Made by a program: the position numbers and the translations under genes | The notes under the pieces: generated by a model | What the model saw: only the letters and a program-made list of their open reading frames with translations | The model's database searches: none | Told to the model about the DNA's origin: nothing | Assembly (NCBI GenBank): GCA_044376405.1 | Contig: JBILKZ010000003.1 | Coordinates: 4,895 to 68,894, forward strand | Source: Pirellulales bacterium | GTDB taxonomy: Bacteria; Planctomycetota; Planctomycetia; Pirellulales; UBA1268 | Direction of reading: 5' to 3' | Length of the DNA: 64,000 bases | Shown here: one piece after another, positions 62,431-64,000 of the stretch | How the letters are laid out: each line of letters begins with the position of its first letter | Position numbering within the stretch: position 1 is the stretch's first letter

Positions 62431-63222
62431 ATGAAAGCCGTCGTCACGATCTTCCAGTTCCGCAGGGCGGTGCTGCCCTATCTCTTCATGCGGTACTGCT
62501 ATCCAGTGATGAAGCAGGCCTTCCCGGGGTCGCTCGACGTCTGGATTATCCAGGACACGGGCCTGGCGAAAGGGAACATCCACACGAGCGCCAAGGTCTA
62601 CTCCGACGCAAAGCGGCATCTCATCGCACAATGGACCGACGAGGGCCGGTATGCCGGAGCCACGATCGTGCGGCACGACGAGCCGCTTGATCCGCGGTAT
62701 CCCCAACTGCTGCCGTCGTACCGCATCGGCATGGAAATCGCCCTGCGAGAGCGAGCAGATTTCCATCTCTGGCTGGAGGATGACGCAATCGTACTCGACC
62801 GCGAGTGCGGCGAGTGGGCGGACCTGCTCGCGGGCAGGGATGCCGGCGTCTACCAACTCGTGCAGAACATCTGCCCGGCTTTCTTCGTGAGCACGCCGCC
62901 GTTTGACACGCGGCTCCTGCCGCTCGTTCGCGACCGGAATATCGACGGCATTCATCAGCCGTTCGACGACACGCAAGGATGGCGACCAAGTGTCGGGGAG
63001 ATCGAGTACTACACCACATGGGCATGCAAGACGGATCGCGCCCTCCTGAATCCAGCTAGTGTCGCCCGGGTCCACCGCCGTCCCGAATCACACGAACTCG
63101 TGCAGTTCGTCAGGAAAATAGCCCCGCACGAGGTGGGACTGCTGAACATTGATTTCCCATGGATCACGGCGAAGTCGCGGCTCTACGGGATGGCCCTGCG
63201 GCTCACGGGATTGAAACCGTAA
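62431..63222 (+). CDS. hypothetical protein (possible GT-A-like fold, weak)
   Basis: The ORF-track start 62239 overlaps hisS antisense, so I take the ATG at 62431 (MKAVVTIFQF). FHLWLEDDAIVLD resembles a DXD-type motif. No firm family. Confidence 0.55.
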   Translation: MKAVVTIFQFRRAVLPYLFMRYCYPVMKQAFPGSLDVWIIQDTGLAKGNIHTSAKVYSDAKRHLIAQWTDEGRYAGATIVRHDEPLDPRYPQLLPSYRIGMEIALRERADFHLWLEDDAIVLDRECGEWADLLAGRDAGVYQLVQNICPAFFVSTPPFDTRLLPLVRDRNIDGIHQPFDDTQGWRPSVGEIEYYTTWACKTDRALLNPASVARVHRRPESHELVQFVRKIAPHEVGLLNIDFPWITAKSRLYGMALRLTGLKP

Positions 63223-63261
63223 GCCGGTCGACGCACAGCACGCGACGATCAGCCAGCCAAC

Positions 63262-64000
63262 TCAAGCCTGGGCGAGCCGCGCGTGCGTGTCAGTCCAGCC
63301 CACCAATGGCAGACCTGTGAAAGTCTCGATGTTCCAGAGAACTCTCCCCATGCCGGGCATGCGGCTCAGAAACGAGCGGTCGCCGCACGTTCGCACCAGG
63401 GCGAAGTTCCGATCGTAGGTAGCGGCGGTGGCCACGCGGTCCATCCAGCCGTCGGCGGGCAGGTCAGCACCGAAAAGCCCCGACGAATCAAGCTGAAACC
63501 GGTGCTCACAGTCGTTGCCCTCGCGCGATGGGCTCGGAACTTTCTGCCAGGGCACTTGCGACTGCGGCACGATTTGAAACGCGTCGTAACCGAGAGAGAC
63601 GAGCAGTTCGAGTTCAGAGTGCGCCCGGCTGACGTCGATCCGCTCCAACTCGCAGCTTAGGAAATCAGGCCGCTCGGCGACATGCCTGAGCGACTCCAGG
63701 CAGAAGTGGTCTGAACCCTCGATGTCGATCTTCATGGAATGGGGAACGCCCAGGGTCCGCAGGCAGCCGACAAAATCGACTGCCGCCACCGATACCCGAC
63801 GAGTGGTGTCGCCGCGTTTCGCGAAGCGGTTCGCCAACGATTCGTCGGTGCTGCCCACCGCATCCAACACATCGTTCACGTAGAACGTGACCTCGCGTCT
63901 CCCGGCGACCCACTCGGCAGGGCTGATGATGGCGCCTTCCACCATGGTGAAACGGCCCGCCAGTGCCGCGTCGGCAAACATCGCACGGCCCTTCTCGGCC
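63262..64000 (-). CDS. FkbM-family methyltransferase, 5' end outside window
   Basis: HSMKIDIEGSDHFCLESL matches the FkbM signature (K-I-D-x-E-G-x-E type). The frame stays open to the window edge and the SAM-binding N-terminal motif is absent, so the gene is truncated by the window. Confidence 0.75.
   Translation of the reverse strand, partial: AEKGRAMFADAALAGRFTMVEGAIISPAEWVAGRREVTFYVNDVLDAVGSTDESLANRFAKRGDTTRRVSVAAVDFVGCLRTLGVPHSMKIDIEGSDHFCLESLRHVAERPDFLSCELERIDVSRAHSELELLVSLGYDAFQIVPQSQVPWQKVPSPSREGNDCEHRFQLDSSGLFGADLPADGWMDRVATAATYDRNFALVRTCGDRSFLSRMPGMGRVLWNIETFTGLPLVGWTDTHARLAQA

Noticed and set aside
1-64000. Scan by eye for tRNA, rRNA, tmRNA, RNase P and CRISPR signatures (for example GGTTCGAATCC-type T-arms or long AT-rich leaders).
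   Set aside because: Nothing convincing was seen. A GGTTCGAA match at about 38656 lies inside rpsL. A proper tRNAscan, Infernal and CRISPR-finder run is needed to be sure.

Overview
High-GC chromosomal segment, almost certainly from a member of the Planctomycetota. It carries the hallmark planctomycetal families DUF1559 (prepilin-type N-terminus), DUF1501 and a PSCyt/DUF1549/DUF1553 giant. I call about 50 protein-coding genes and found no rRNA, tRNA or CRISPR by eye. Recognisable housekeeping genes are asd, kdsD, kdsC, class II fba, rpsL, rpsG, sppA, lexA and hisS. Accessory content includes an apparently intact IS3-family element with a GGGAAAC -1 frameshift site, a MazF/PemK-type toxin-antitoxin pair beside a truncated DUF1559 gene, and a family of composite hairpin repeats that follow three unrelated genes and have expanded into tandem arrays. 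The leads I rank highest are: (1) an H-NOX (haem NO/O2-binding) domain fused directly to a Hanks-type Ser/Thr kinase (59180-60715). (2) A 1064-aa, N-terminally anchored protein with many OstA/LptA-like sequence patterns in the lptC/lptA position downstream of kdsD-kdsC (23135-26329). (3) A dedicated hotdog-ACP-hotdog-KAS II lipid module (32240-35320). (4) A MoxR/DUF58/BatA-N/vWA block with a sigma54-type two-component system downstream and a toroid-repeat/DUF4159 protein divergent from it (44303-56902). (5) Three tandem hsp20 genes behind a palindrome plus phased CTGAG repeats. All domain calls come from motif recognition by eye. No database search was run, and many start codons are adjusted from the ORF track and remain uncertain. 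Most long ORFs antisense to these genes are high-GC shadow ORFs.
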